Shown here in pieces: positions 10,761 through 22,499 of a DNA stretch of 64,000 bases (within the stretch, counting starts at the first letter, position 1; each line of letters begins with the position of its first letter). The notes beneath the pieces are model-generated. The model was not told where the DNA came from, searched no databases, and was given only the letters and a program-made list of their open reading frames with translations. The stretch is taken from assembly GCF_001677475.2 (NCBI RefSeq), contig NZ_CP015229.1; one strand, given 5' to 3'. Origin of the DNA: Escherichia coli (GTDB lineage: Bacteria > Pseudomonadota > Gammaproteobacteria > Enterobacterales > Enterobacteriaceae). The translations under genes were made by a program, and so were the position numbers.

Positions 10761-12371
10761 ATGAGCATTCCATTCACCCGCTGGCCGGAAGAGTTTGCCC
10801 GTCGCTATCGGGAAAAAGGCTACTGGCAGGATTTGCCGCTGACCGACATTCTGACTCGCCACGCTGCGAGTGACAGCATCGCGGTTATCGACGGCGAGCG
10901 GCAGTTGAGTTATCGGGAGCTGAATCAGGCGGCGGATAACCTCGCGTGTAGTTTACGCCGTCAGGGCATTAAACCTGGTGAAACCGCGCTGGTACAATTG
11001 GGTAACGTCGCTGAACTTTACATTACCTTTTTCGCACTACTGAAACTGGGCGTTGCGCCGGTGCTGGCGCTGTTCAGCCATCAGCGTAGTGAACTGAACG
11101 CCTATGCCAGCCAGATTGAACCGGTGTTACTGATTGCCGATCGCCAACATGCGCTGTTTAGCGGAGATGATTTCCTTAATACTTTCGTCACAGAACATTC
11201 CTCCATTCGCGTGGTGCAACTGCTCAACGACGGCGGTGAGCATAACTTGCAGGATGCGATTAACCATCCGGCTGAGGATTTTACTGCCACGCCATCACCT
11301 GCTGATGAAGTGGCTTATTTCCAGCTTTCCGGCGGCACCACCGGCACACCGAAACTGATCCCGCGCACTCATAACGACTACTACTACAGCGTGCGTCGTA
11401 GCATCGAGATTTGTCAGTTCACACAACAGACACGCTACCTGTGTGCGATCCCGGCGGCTCATAACTATGCCATGAGTTCGCCAGGATCGCTGGGCGTCTT
11501 TCTTGCCGGAGGAACGGTTGTTCTGGCGGCCGATCCCAGCGCCACGCTTTGCTTCCCATTGATTGAAAAACATCAGGTGAACGTCACCGCGCTGGTGCCG
11601 CCAGCAGTCAGCCTGTGGTTGCAGGCACTGGCTGAAGGCGAAAGCCGAGCGCAGCTTGCCTCGCTGAAACTGTTACAGGTCGGTGGTGCACGTCTTTCTG
11701 CCACGCTTGCGGCGCGTATTCCCGCAGAGATTGGCTGCCAGTTACAGCAGGTGTTTGGCATGGCGGAAGGGCTGGTGAACTACACCCGTCTTGATGATAG
11801 CGCGGAGAAAATTATCCATACCCAGGGTTACCCAATGTGCCCGGACGATGAAGTGTGGGTTGCCGATACTGAAGGAAATCCACTGCCGCAAGGGGAAGTC
11901 GGACGCCTGATGACGCGCGGTCCGTACACCTTCCGTGGCTATTACAAAAGCCCGCAGCACAATGCCAGCGCCTTTGATGCCAACGGTTTTTACTGTTCCG
12001 GCGATCTGATCTCTATTGATCCCGACGGTTATATCACCGTGCAGGGGCGCGAGAAAGATCAGATCAACCGTGGCGGCGAGAAGATCGCAGCCGAAGAGAT
12101 CGAAAACCTGCTGCTGCGCCATCCGGCGGTGATCTACGCCGCACTGGTGAGCATGGAAGATGAGCTGATGGGCGAAAAAAGCTGTGCTTATCTGGTGGTA
12201 AAAGAGCCTCTACGCGCGGTGCAGGTGCGTCGTTTCTTGCGTGAACAGGGTATTGCCGAATTTAAATTACCGGATCGCGTGGAGTGTGTGGATTCACTTC
12301 CGCTGACGGCGGTCGGGAAAGTCGATAAAAAACAATTACGTCAGTGGCTGGCGTCACGCGCATCAGCCTGA
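10761..12371 (+). CDS. entE: 2,3-dihydroxybenzoate-AMP ligase
   Basis: 536 aa; adenylation motif SGGTTGTPK. Confidence 0.95.
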   Translation: MSIPFTRWPEEFARRYREKGYWQDLPLTDILTRHAASDSIAVIDGERQLSYRELNQAADNLACSLRRQGIKPGETALVQLGNVAELYITFFALLKLGVAPVLALFSHQRSELNAYASQIEPVLLIADRQHALFSGDDFLNTFVTEHSSIRVVQLLNDGGEHNLQDAINHPAEDFTATPSPADEVAYFQLSGGTTGTPKLIPRTHNDYYYSVRRSIEICQFTQQTRYLCAIPAAHNYAMSSPGSLGVFLAGGTVVLAADPSATLCFPLIEKHQVNVTALVPPAVSLWLQALAEGESRAQLASLKLLQVGGARLSATLAARIPAEIGCQLQQVFGMAEGLVNYTRLDDSAEKIIHTQGYPMCPDDEVWVADTEGNPLPQGEVGRLMTRGPYTFRGYYKSPQHNASAFDANGFYCSGDLISIDPDGYITVQGREKDQINRGGEKIAAEEIENLLLRHPAVIYAALVSMEDELMGEKSCAYLVVKEPLRAVQVRRFLREQGIAEFKLPDRVECVDSLPLTAVGKVDKKQLRQWLASRASA

Positions 12372-12384
12372 AGGAGAGAACACG

Positions 12385-13241
12385 ATGGCTATTCCAAAAT
12401 TACAGGCTTACGCACTGCCGGAGTCTCACGATATTCCGCAGAATAAAGTCGACTGGGCCTTTGAACCGCAACGTGCCGCGTTGTTAATCCATGATATGCA
12501 GGACTATTTTGTCAGCTTCTGGGGCGAGAACTGCCCGATGATGGAGCAGGTGATCGCGAATATTGCGGCACTACGCGACTACTGCAAACAGCACAATATC
12601 CCGGTTTATTACACCGCCCAGCCGAAAGAGCAGAGCGATGAAGATCGGGCGCTGTTGAATGATATGTGGGGACCGGGCCTGACCCGTTCGCCGGAACAGC
12701 AAAAGGTGGTGGATCGCCTGACGCCAGATGCCGACGACACGGTGCTGGTGAAGTGGCGCTACAGCGCGTTTCATCGTTCTCCGCTGGAGCAAATGCTCAA
12801 AGAGAGTGGACGTAACCAGCTGATTATTACCGGGGTATATGCCCACATTGGCTGTATGACCACCGCAACCGACGCATTTATGCGCGATATTAAACCGTTT
12901 ATGGTGGCGGATGCGCTGGCCGATTTCAGCCGTGACGAGCATTTGATGTCGCTGAAATATGTGGCTGGACGTTCTGGCCGGGTGGTGATGACCGAAGAAT
13001 TACTGCCAGCACCTATCCCCGCCAGCAAAGCGGCGCTGCGTGAGGTTATCCTGCCGTTGCTGGACGAGTCCGATGAACCGTTCGATGATGACAACCTGAT
13101 CGACTACGGTTTGGATTCGGTGCGCATGATGGCGCTGGCGGCGCGCTGGCGCAAAGTACATGGCGATATCGACTTTGTCATGCTGGCGAAAACCCCAACC
13201 ATTGATGCCTGGTGGAAACTGCTCTCCCGCGAGGTGAAATA

Positions 13242-13242
<1 letters not shown>
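12385..13242 (+). CDS. entB: Isochorismatase / aryl carrier protein
   Basis: 285 aa; C-terminal carrier motif DYGLDSVRMMAL; stop overlaps the entA start by 1 nt. Confidence 0.95.
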
Positions 13243-14404
<1,162 letters not shown>

Positions 14405-14447
14405 GCCCGACAGAATTAAATGAGATTGCAGGAAAACTCGGTTAACG

Positions 14448-14467
14448 GAGTGATCGAGTTAACATTG
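14448..14467. promoter_or_regulatory. Candidate CRP-type site upstream of cstA
   Basis: gaGTGATcgagtTAACAttg resembles TGTGA-N6-TCACA; cstA is a known CRP-dependent gene. Weak call. Confidence 0.3.
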
Positions 14468-14584
14468 TTAAGTTAAATATTGGTTTCAACTCCGATTTAC
14501 ATGGTTGCTGTGTTGTTAAATTGTACAAAGATGTTATAGAAACAAAATGTAACATCTCTATGGACACGCACACGGATAACAACT

Positions 14585-16690
14585 ATGAACAAATCAGGGA
14601 AATACCTCGTCTGGACAGTGCTCTCTGTAATGGGAGCATTTGCTCTGGGATACATTGCTTTAAATCGTGGGGAACAGATCAACGCGCTGTGGATTGTGGT
14701 GGCGTCGGTCTGTATCTATCTGATCGCTTATCGTTTTTATGGTCTGTATATCGCCAAAAATGTGCTGGCGGTTGACCCGACGCGTATGACGCCAGCGGTG
14801 CGCCATAACGACGGGCTGGATTATGTGCCGACGGACAAGAAAGTGCTGTTCGGTCACCATTTTGCGGCCATTGCCGGAGCTGGTCCGTTGGTGGGGCCGG
14901 TGCTGGCAGCGCAAATGGGCTACCTGCCGGGGATGATCTGGCTGCTTGCTGGGGTGGTTCTCGCCGGTGCGGTACAGGATTTCATGGTGCTGTTTGTTTC
15001 CACGCGCCGTGACGGTCGCTCGCTGGGTGAGCTGGTCAAAGAAGAGATGGGGCCAACCGCCGGGGTGATTGCGCTGGTTGCCTGCTTTATGATCATGGTC
15101 ATCATCCTTGCCGTGCTGGCGATGATCGTGGTGAAAGCCCTGACCCATAGCCCGTGGGGAACGTATACCGTTGCGTTCACCATTCCGCTGGCGCTGTTCA
15201 TGGGGATCTACCTGCGCTATCTGCGTCCAGGGCGTATTGGCGAAGTGTCGGTCATTGGCCTGGTGTTCCTGATTTTCGCCATTATCTCTGGCGGCTGGGT
15301 GGCAGAAAGTCCGACCTGGGCACCGTACTTTGACTTTACCGGCGTGCAGCTGACCTGGATGCTGGTGGGTTACGGCTTCGTGGCGGCGGTGCTGCCGGTG
15401 TGGTTGCTGCTGGCCCCGCGTGACTACCTCTCAACCTTCCTGAAAATCGGGACTATTGTCGGTCTGGCGGTAGGCATTCTGATTATGCGCCCGACGCTGA
15501 CCATGCCTGCTCTGACCAAATTTGTTGATGGCACTGGCCCGGTATGGACCGGTAACCTGTTCCCGTTCCTGTTTATTACTATCGCCTGTGGCGCGGTGTC
15601 TGGCTTCCATGCGCTGATCTCTTCTGGCACCACGCCGAAGATGCTGGCGAACGAAGGGCAGGCGTGCTTTATCGGCTACGGTGGGATGTTAATGGAATCC
15701 TTCGTGGCGATTATGGCGCTGGTTTCCGCCTGTATCATCGATCCGGGCGTTTACTTCGCAATGAACAGCCCAATGGCGGTGCTGGCTCCGGCAGGGACGG
15801 CGGATGTGGTTGCTTCTGCCGCGCAGGTGGTGAGTAGCTGGGGCTTTGCGATTACCCCGGATACGCTAAACCAGATTGCCAGCGAAGTGGGTGAACAGTC
15901 GATCATTTCCCGTGCGGGCGGTGCGCCGACCCTGGCGGTGGGGATGGCCTACATTCTGCACGGTGCGCTGGGCGGCATGATGGATGTGGCGTTCTGGTAT
16001 CACTTCGCCATTCTGTTTGAAGCACTGTTTATTCTGACGGCGGTGGATGCAGGTACGCGTGCTGCGCGCTTTATGTTGCAGGATCTGCTGGGCGTGGTGT
16101 CTCCGGGCCTGAAACGGACAGATTCTCTGCCTGCTAACCTGCTGGCAACGGCGCTGTGTGTGCTGGCGTGGGGCTACTTCCTGCATCAGGGCGTGGTCGA
16201 TCCGCTGGGCGGTATTAACACCCTGTGGCCGCTGTTTGGTATTGCCAACCAGATGCTGGCAGGGATGGCGCTGATGCTCTGTGCCGTAGTGCTGTTCAAG
16301 ATGAAACGTCAACGTTACGCCTGGGTGGCGCTGGTGCCAACGGCCTGGCTGCTGATTTGTACCCTGACCGCAGGCTGGCAGAAAGCGTTCAGCCCGGATG
16401 CGAAAGTGGGCTTCCTGGCCATTGCTAATAAGTTCCAGGCAATGATCGACAGCGGTAATATTCCGTCGCAGTATACTGAGTCACAACTGGCGCAACTGGT
16501 GTTCAACAACCGTCTGGATGCCGGGTTGACCATCTTCTTTATGGTGGTTGTGGTGGTTCTGGCGCTGTTCTCGATTAAGACGGCACTGGCGGCATTGAAA
16601 GAGCCGAAGCCAACGGCGAAAGAAACGCCGTATGAGCCAATGCCGGAAAATGTCGAGGAGATCGTGGCGCAGGCGAAAGGCGCGCACTAA
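14585..16690 (+). CDS. cstA: Carbon starvation protein A (peptide/pyruvate transporter family)
   Basis: 701-aa polytopic membrane ORF; characteristic N-terminus MNKSGKYLVWT. Confidence 0.95.
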   Translation: MNKSGKYLVWTVLSVMGAFALGYIALNRGEQINALWIVVASVCIYLIAYRFYGLYIAKNVLAVDPTRMTPAVRHNDGLDYVPTDKKVLFGHHFAAIAGAGPLVGPVLAAQMGYLPGMIWLLAGVVLAGAVQDFMVLFVSTRRDGRSLGELVKEEMGPTAGVIALVACFMIMVIILAVLAMIVVKALTHSPWGTYTVAFTIPLALFMGIYLRYLRPGRIGEVSVIGLVFLIFAIISGGWVAESPTWAPYFDFTGVQLTWMLVGYGFVAAVLPVWLLLAPRDYLSTFLKIGTIVGLAVGILIMRPTLTMPALTKFVDGTGPVWTGNLFPFLFITIACGAVSGFHALISSGTTPKMLANEGQACFIGYGGMLMESFVAIMALVSACIIDPGVYFAMNSPMAVLAPAGTADVVASAAQVVSSWGFAITPDTLNQIASEVGEQSIISRAGGAPTLAVGMAYILHGALGGMMDVAFWYHFAILFEALFILTAVDAGTRAARFMLQDLLGVVSPGLKRTDSLPANLLATALCVLAWGYFLHQGVVDPLGGINTLWPLFGIANQMLAGMALMLCAVVLFKMKRQRYAWVALVPTAWLLICTLTAGWQKAFSPDAKVGFLAIANKFQAMIDSGNIPSQYTESQLAQLVFNNRLDAGLTIFFMVVVVVLALFSIKTALAALKEPKPTAKETPYEPMPENVEEIVAQAKGAH

Positions 16691-16706
16691 AGTCAGAGTG
16701 AGGGGG

Positions 16707-16736
16707 GAATGTTGGCGAATGTTGGCGAAAGTTGGC
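16707..16736. repeat. Tandem 10-mer repeat, three copies
   Basis: gaatgttggc gaatgttggc gaaagttggc, lying between the cstA stop and the second copy of the GC-rich palindrome. Confidence 0.6.
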
Positions 16737-16748
16737 ATGGTGCCGAGG

Positions 16749-16793
16749 GTTCCCCCTCACCCTAACCCTCTCCCCGGTGGGGTGAGGGGACTG
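16749..16793. repeat. GC-rich palindromic intergenic element, copy 2
   Basis: ccccctcaccctaaccctctcccc ggt ggggtgaggggac; same core and orientation as 8354-8396. Confidence 0.6.
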
Positions 16794-16853
16794 ACCGAGC
16801 GCGTTGATAGCTATTAATGCACTCTCTCAGCAATCTGATTACCGGAGGTATTG

Positions 16854-17051
16854 ATGTTTGATTCACTGGCAAAAGCCGGAAAATATTTAGGTCAGGCGGC
16901 GAAGCTGATGATTGGTATGCCTGATTACGACAACTATGTCGAACATATGCGGGTTAACCATCCCGATCAAACGCCGATGACCTACGAAGAGTTTTTCCGT
17001 GAGCGGCAGGACGCGCGCTACGGTGGAAAAGGTGGCGCGCGCTGCTGCTAA
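16854..17051 (+). CDS. ybdD: Small DUF466-family protein paired with cstA
   Basis: 65 aa from the ATG at 16854, with GGAGG upstream; conserved cstA-ybdD pairing. Confidence 0.85.
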   Translation: MFDSLAKAGKYLGQAAKLMIGMPDYDNYVEHMRVNHPDQTPMTYEEFFRERQDARYGGKGGARCC

Positions 17052-17060
17052 ATTTGTACG

Positions 17061-18149
17061 TCAGGCTTTAAACGATTCCACTTTTTCGAACGCTGCACGC
17101 AACGTATCTGGTGTCAGCGTGACTGGCAGGTAATGAATGGACTCCACCGGACGTAAGGTGTGGGCAATCACTTTGTCGATCTCCGCCTGATTATTGATAT
17201 CCACTTCCAGCTCCGCCAGCGTAGTCGGCAGATGAAAACGTTGATACGCCCCGGTTAATTGCGCCAGCACATCATCCTGACCCAGCAAGGCGCTTTGCAC
17301 CAGAATGCCGTAGGCGACTTTGGTGCCGTGGAGAAACTTCTCGGTTTGCGGCAAAACGGTCAGACCGTTATGCACGGCATGGGCCGCCGCCACACGCGTA
17401 AAACGATCGCCCAGACCACCGACCATCCCACCACCAGCAATAATAGCATCCACCACATCGCAAAATGATTGCGTTAACTGTTGTTTTTGCTGATCGCTCA
17501 GCGCCTGTTCGCTACTGTTTAACAAGACGTCGCGAATGGCCTGCGCATTATTGATCCCCAGACGCACGGTTAGCGGCAAGGTTTCTGGTTGCGGAGCCAG
17601 CACCACCGCTTCATACCATTTCGCCAGCGTGTCACCGATCCCCGCCAGCAGATATTCTTGCGGCGCATTGAGGATAATCTCTGGCTCCACCAGCACCATA
17701 AAATTGGCGTCGTCGAAAATCTCATAATGCAGCGCCTGTCCGGCATCGTTATACCAGACGGAGAGCGGTGTCCAGGCGGCGCAGGTGGCGGCGATCGTCG
17801 GAACGGCAACAAACGGCAGACCGAGACGGCGGGCGAGGGCTTTCGCGGTGTCGAGCAGTGCGCCGCCGCCGACGCCAATCACCACGCTGCGATCGTCACC
17901 GGACTCAGCCGCCAGGTGCTGTACATCGCTTTCGCTGCAATGACCGCGAAACAAAATATGCTTTGCACCAGGCAGTTGAAACGCTGGTGGAAGTCTGATT
18001 TGCGCCGCAGCAATGGCGCGTTCGCCGTAGATCCACACCGCGCGAGAAAGCTGTTCATCAGTGAAAAAGTCGTGCAGGTGATTGAAACTTCCTGGATGTG
18101 AAAAGTAGTTAGCCGGGCCGACGACGACGCGGATAGGATTGTGAGGCAT
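17061..18149 (-). CDS. ybdH: Iron-containing alcohol/hydroxycarboxylate dehydrogenase family protein
   Basis: 362-aa ORF with glycine-rich NAD-binding stretch GVGGGALLDTAK. Confidence 0.9.
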   Translation of the reverse strand: MPHNPIRVVVGPANYFSHPGSFNHLHDFFTDEQLSRAVWIYGERAIAAAQIRLPPAFQLPGAKHILFRGHCSESDVQHLAAESGDDRSVVIGVGGGALLDTAKALARRLGLPFVAVPTIAATCAAWTPLSVWYNDAGQALHYEIFDDANFMVLVEPEIILNAPQEYLLAGIGDTLAKWYEAVVLAPQPETLPLTVRLGINNAQAIRDVLLNSSEQALSDQQKQQLTQSFCDVVDAIIAGGGMVGGLGDRFTRVAAAHAVHNGLTVLPQTEKFLHGTKVAYGILVQSALLGQDDVLAQLTGAYQRFHLPTTLAELEVDINNQAEIDKVIAHTLRPVESIHYLPVTLTPDTLRAAFEKVESFKA

Positions 18150-18257
18150 GTTGTGTTGTCCTTATTGTTTTATTTAGACATCTAAACGTCTTGATTGCCA
18201 AATACTAGCATCGTGTTATAGTGCCTTCAACACGCAACTTCGTCAGGCACAATAAAA

Positions 18258-19418
18258 ATGACAAATAACCCTCTGATTCCACAAAGCAAACTTCCACAAC
18301 TTGGCACTACCATTTTCACCCAGATGAGCGCGCTGGCGCAGCAACACCAGGCGATTAACCTGTCGCAAGGCTTTCCTGATTTTGATGGTCCGCGCTATTT
18401 ACAGGAGCGGCTGGCGTACCACGTTGCCCAGGGGGCAAACCAATACGCGCCCATGACCGGCGTGCAGGCCTTGCGCGAGGCGATTGCTCAGAAAACGGAA
18501 CGTTTGTATGGCTATCAACCAGATGCCGATAGCGATATCACCGTAACGGCAGGGGCGACGGAAGCGTTATATGCAGCGATTACCGCATTGGTGCGCAATG
18601 GTGATGAAGTGATCTGCTTTGATCCCAGCTATGACAGTTACGCGCCCGCCATCGCGCTTTCGGGGGGAATAGTGAAACGTATTGCACTGCAACCACCGCA
18701 TTTTCGCGTGGACTGGCAGGAATTTGCCGCATTGTTAAGCGAGCGCACCCGACTGGTGATCCTCAACACCCCGCATAACCCCAGTGCAACTGTCTGGCAG
18801 CAGGCTGATTTCGCCGCTTTGTGGCAGGCAATTGCCGGGCACGAGATTTTTGTCATTAGCGATGAAGTTTACGAGCACATCAACTTTTCACAACAGGGCC
18901 ATGCCAGCGTGCTGTCGCATCCGCAGCTGCGTGAGCGGGCGGTGGCAGTTTCTTCATTTGGCAAGACTTATCATATGACCGGCTGGAAAGTGGGTTATTG
19001 CGTTGCGCCAGCGCCCATCAGTGCCGAAATTCGCAAGGTACATCAGTATCTGACCTTTTCGGTAAATACCCCGGCGCAACTGGCGCTTGCCGATATGCTA
19101 CGTGCAGAACCTGAGCATTATCTTGCGTTACCGGACTTTTATCGCCAGAAACGCGATATTCTGGTGAATGCCTTAAGTGAGAGTCGGCTGGAGATTTTAC
19201 CGTGCGAAGGTACATACTTTTTGCTGGTGGATTACAGCGCCGTGTCTACGCTGGATGACGTTGAGTTTTGCCAGTGGCTGACGCGGGAGCACGGTGTAGC
19301 GGCGATTCCGCTGTCGGTGTTTTGCGCCGATCCCTTCCCCCATAAACTGATTCGTCTCTGTTTTGCCAAGAAGGAATCGACGTTGCTGGCAGCAGCTGAA
19401 CGCCTGCGCCAGCTGTAG
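18258..19418 (+). CDS. ybdL: PLP-dependent aminotransferase (methionine aminotransferase family)
   Basis: 386 aa; PLP-lysine motif SFGKTYHMTGWKVGY. Confidence 0.9.
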   Translation: MTNNPLIPQSKLPQLGTTIFTQMSALAQQHQAINLSQGFPDFDGPRYLQERLAYHVAQGANQYAPMTGVQALREAIAQKTERLYGYQPDADSDITVTAGATEALYAAITALVRNGDEVICFDPSYDSYAPAIALSGGIVKRIALQPPHFRVDWQEFAALLSERTRLVILNTPHNPSATVWQQADFAALWQAIAGHEIFVISDEVYEHINFSQQGHASVLSHPQLRERAVAVSSFGKTYHMTGWKVGYCVAPAPISAEIRKVHQYLTFSVNTPAQLALADMLRAEPEHYLALPDFYRQKRDILVNALSESRLEILPCEGTYFLLVDYSAVSTLDDVEFCQWLTREHGVAAIPLSVFCADPFPHKLIRLCFAKKESTLLAAAERLRQL

Positions 19419-20048
19419 TTATTTAACCGTCCAGGCGCGGGAAAATTGACGGTCGGCAAACAGTTCTTGCAGGCCGTTAATTTGCTTCAGGCGCAGCACT
19501 TCGTCGCTGTCCATTCCCAGCTCTTTGCCGATTTTATGATCGTCCCATCCCAACTGGCTGAGTTCACGAACAATTTCGGACATGGCAGTGATTTGGTGGC
19601 GACCACGAGCGCGGTTATGACGAATAGTCGCGGCGATGCGTTGATTACGCGTACCTTCCAGACAGGTCACCGGCAAATAACCTTTTAAGCGTAATTTTAA
19701 CGATGATGAGCCTTTACCAATTTCATGGCGGTGAAAACCATCCACGATTTCCAGGGCATTTTTATCCGTATGCGTGACCACAATGGGTTGGGTAAAACCA
19801 TCTATTTCAATGGATTTTTTCAGCAGTTTTTTTTCGGGTGGTGCCACGTTGTTTGGGTTGTAATCATTAGGCATAAGTTGGCTGTTTTTAACCCACAGAA
19901 CGCAATCCACTGGCTCTTCTCGAAAGGGGCTAACCTGATGGATCGCCATGCGGATTTCATTAATCGCTTTGATGCGATCGTCTTCCGGCAAGCTGGCGAG
20001 AAATTGGGTTAAATCCTGCGTTAATCGTTGTTGCATAGTATCCCCCAT
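19419..20048 (-). CDS. ybdM: ParB/sulfiredoxin-like domain protein
   Basis: 209 aa; DGFHRH motif and arginine-rich RHNRARGRH; start overlaps the 3' end of ybdN by 28 nt. Confidence 0.85.
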   Translation of the reverse strand: MGDTMQQRLTQDLTQFLASLPEDDRIKAINEIRMAIHQVSPFREEPVDCVLWVKNSQLMPNDYNPNNVAPPEKKLLKKSIEIDGFTQPIVVTHTDKNALEIVDGFHRHEIGKGSSSLKLRLKGYLPVTCLEGTRNQRIAATIRHNRARGRHQITAMSEIVRELSQLGWDDHKIGKELGMDSDEVLRLKQINGLQELFADRQFSRAWTVK

Positions 20049-21241
20049 TCCTGACGTTTTCCTTTTATTCGTTCGTTATAACGCTGATAGTTCTTCGCTT
20101 TGGTCGGGCTAAATGATAATGCCCGACACCAGTAATCGTTATTGAGTAAAACTTTGCATATTCGCCGCCAGGAGGGGATATCTTTCGCGCCAATGTCCCC
20201 TTGCTGGGTTTGTGGAACCTCGATGCCTTTTTTCTGATACCAGTGCAAATAAATGGCGATTTTATTGCGATAATGCTCAGCTGTTTTCTCCGGCATGCTG
20301 TTGAGTAGCAATAATGCATACTCCTGCCAGTCTAAATGTTCGGGCTTGAGGATTTTCCGATGACCATAAAAATGGTTGTCATGTCCGGCGTAAATGCCGC
20401 CACTTTTTACCCCGCTGACTCGTGCGCACATAGCAGCCCAGCGATCCGGTTCGATAACGTGATAGAGCCATAATCCTTGCCGTTGTTCCGGACCAAAAGG
20501 TTCGCAAATTCGCATATGACGCAGAGGAACGCCTGCCTGATACATTAGGTTATACAGTGGGTTGCAGAGACTTTGATGATTTGCATACCAGGTCCAGATA
20601 TCAGCCACTTTCCAGTCGTAGATGGGGTAAATGTACCAACTATGACCGCCTGGTGCGGCAGTAGTCCAGGGCTTATCATCGGCAAAACGTTGTTTATTTA
20701 AACTGGCGATGGCGACAAAACGGTTGTAGGACTCATCCGCACGGATGCCGATCATCATCGCCGCCGGACGTTTTTGCGAAAACCATTCGGCAAACTCACG
20801 CACAAATTGTTCGAAGGTCATGCCAGGCTGGTAAAAGGAGAAAAAGTCAGGATCGGTTATCGCATCTTGCGGGGGCTGACGTACCCATTCGACATCAGGT
20901 TCCCAGCACTGCCATTCGGGTTGGTATTGTGATAGGGAATTTTGCGTTGTAAGCGGGAGCGCAACCCAGTAAAACTCTTCGATGACATCGGTGTACAACT
21001 CGCGCAGAGACTGAACATAGTTAATGGTGCAAGAGAACTGAGCTTCCCAGTCGATAAATAAAACACAAATTTTTTTGCCCATTTGTCGGGCAAGTTCGGC
21101 GGTCAGATGCAGCATTAATCCGGAATCTTTACCACCCGAAAAAGAAACGCAGACGCGGGGTAGGGTGTTAAGTGTCCAGGTAATACGTTCTTTTGCAGCT
21201 TCCAGAATATTCAGTGGAAGCGGGATTTTATAAATAGACAT
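20021..21241 (-). CDS. ybdN: PAPS-reductase-like / PP-loop ATP pyrophosphatase family protein
   Basis: 406 aa; PP-loop SFSGGKDS near the N-terminus. Confidence 0.85.
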   Translation of the reverse strand: MSIYKIPLPLNILEAAKERITWTLNTLPRVCVSFSGGKDSGLMLHLTAELARQMGKKICVLFIDWEAQFSCTINYVQSLRELYTDVIEEFYWVALPLTTQNSLSQYQPEWQCWEPDVEWVRQPPQDAITDPDFFSFYQPGMTFEQFVREFAEWFSQKRPAAMMIGIRADESYNRFVAIASLNKQRFADDKPWTTAAPGGHSWYIYPIYDWKVADIWTWYANHQSLCNPLYNLMYQAGVPLRHMRICEPFGPEQRQGLWLYHVIEPDRWAAMCARVSGVKSGGIYAGHDNHFYGHRKILKPEHLDWQEYALLLLNSMPEKTAEHYRNKIAIYLHWYQKKGIEVPQTQQGDIGAKDIPSWRRICKVLLNNDYWCRALSFSPTKAKNYQRYNERIKGKRQEWGILCNND

Positions 21242-21387
21242 CTGAAAACGCTCTCTGAACGTTACGGGGTGATCAGTGAGATAAGACTGTTAATTATAAA
21301 GTAAACACTGTAAAGCAGAGTGTTTTATTTTTCATTCGCGCCGTGAATAAATAGATGAAAGTTATAGTAGCTGTCTGAAGTTATATA

Positions 21388-22290
21388 TCAAAAACTCTCA
21401 TTTAGGCGGTCAATAAATCGGGAGAACACCAGGTTATTTAAAGAAGATTTATTATAGGAAATGTAAAGCTTTATTGAAGGTAACGGATGCTCTAGTTTTA
21501 TCTCTTTTAAATTAAGAAAGTCACGGTGGGAGTTATAAAGTTCATAGGGAACTATTCCCAGTAAATCTGTAACTGCAATGCTATTAATGATTGTCAGCAA
21601 AGAGGAACCACGAAATGAAATTTTGCGATTCATAAACTTCTCATCTATTTCCATTTGAATATCATCAACCCCTGCTGATTTGGATATTAATTGGGTGAAC
21701 TCTTCTGCCATAATTTGCTCATAAGTGCTATTGTCAGTAATTCGCGGATGCTTATTACTACAAATTAGAGTATTGCGAATTGTATGCAATGGCATGCAAA
21801 TAACGGAACGGCTGATTACTGGCATTTGGGTGATCACCAGATCGGCTTTGCGGTGAACCAACAGTTCTTCAGCATTCTCTGCTGACATGAGGATATCATG
21901 GCACTCAATCTCGACAGAGGCATCTTGTCGTAGGCAGCGGATCAGCATACTATTATTAGAGCAAGAAATGAGCTGAGGGCCGTAGATAATAAAATTTTTC
22001 TTTAGTTCGGACTTATTGACTATATTAATTGTTTGTTCAAGGTCTCTGAGATTTTTCTCAAGATGGTGATGCAGATTTAACCCTGTCGTCGTCGGCGCGA
22101 TACCTTTTCCTGAGCGAATGAATAAAGGGTCATTAAATTGCGCACGTAAGCGTTGTAACGACTGGCTCACGGCTGATGGGGTGATATATAGTGATTCAGC
22201 AGCCTTGCTAATGCTTAAATGCTGATAAATACACTCAAATATGACAAGAAGATTTAAGTCGAACTTTTTCAAGTCGTAGAGATTGGCCAT
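21388..22290 (-). CDS. ybdO: LysR-family transcriptional regulator
   Basis: 300 aa; N-terminal helix-turn-helix (ISKAAESLYITPSAVSQSLQRL); AT-rich gene. Confidence 0.85.
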   Translation of the reverse strand: MANLYDLKKFDLNLLVIFECIYQHLSISKAAESLYITPSAVSQSLQRLRAQFNDPLFIRSGKGIAPTTTGLNLHHHLEKNLRDLEQTINIVNKSELKKNFIIYGPQLISCSNNSMLIRCLRQDASVEIECHDILMSAENAEELLVHRKADLVITQMPVISRSVICMPLHTIRNTLICSNKHPRITDNSTYEQIMAEEFTQLISKSAGVDDIQMEIDEKFMNRKISFRGSSLLTIINSIAVTDLLGIVPYELYNSHRDFLNLKEIKLEHPLPSIKLYISYNKSSLNNLVFSRFIDRLNESF

Positions 22291-22499
22291 ACACTACTCC
22301 GGTTATATTTTTCTTCCATGGTATATTCACTTAATCAATGTTTTTTTGCGTATATATTTTTATTGATTATATTTTTTTGCTTAACTCAGGATTAAGTTTT
22401 TCTAAAATAGCACAGCCACTTAGGGCAGAGCGAGCAATTCATGCTTTTTTAGGATGGTTGAAAAGCAGGGATGTATTTCAACCATCCATGAATTATCTT

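Noticed and set aside
16707-16736. Possible CRISPR array (tandem repeats after cstA)
   Set aside because: Only three contiguous 10-mers with no spacers and no cas genes nearby; a simple tandem repeat.
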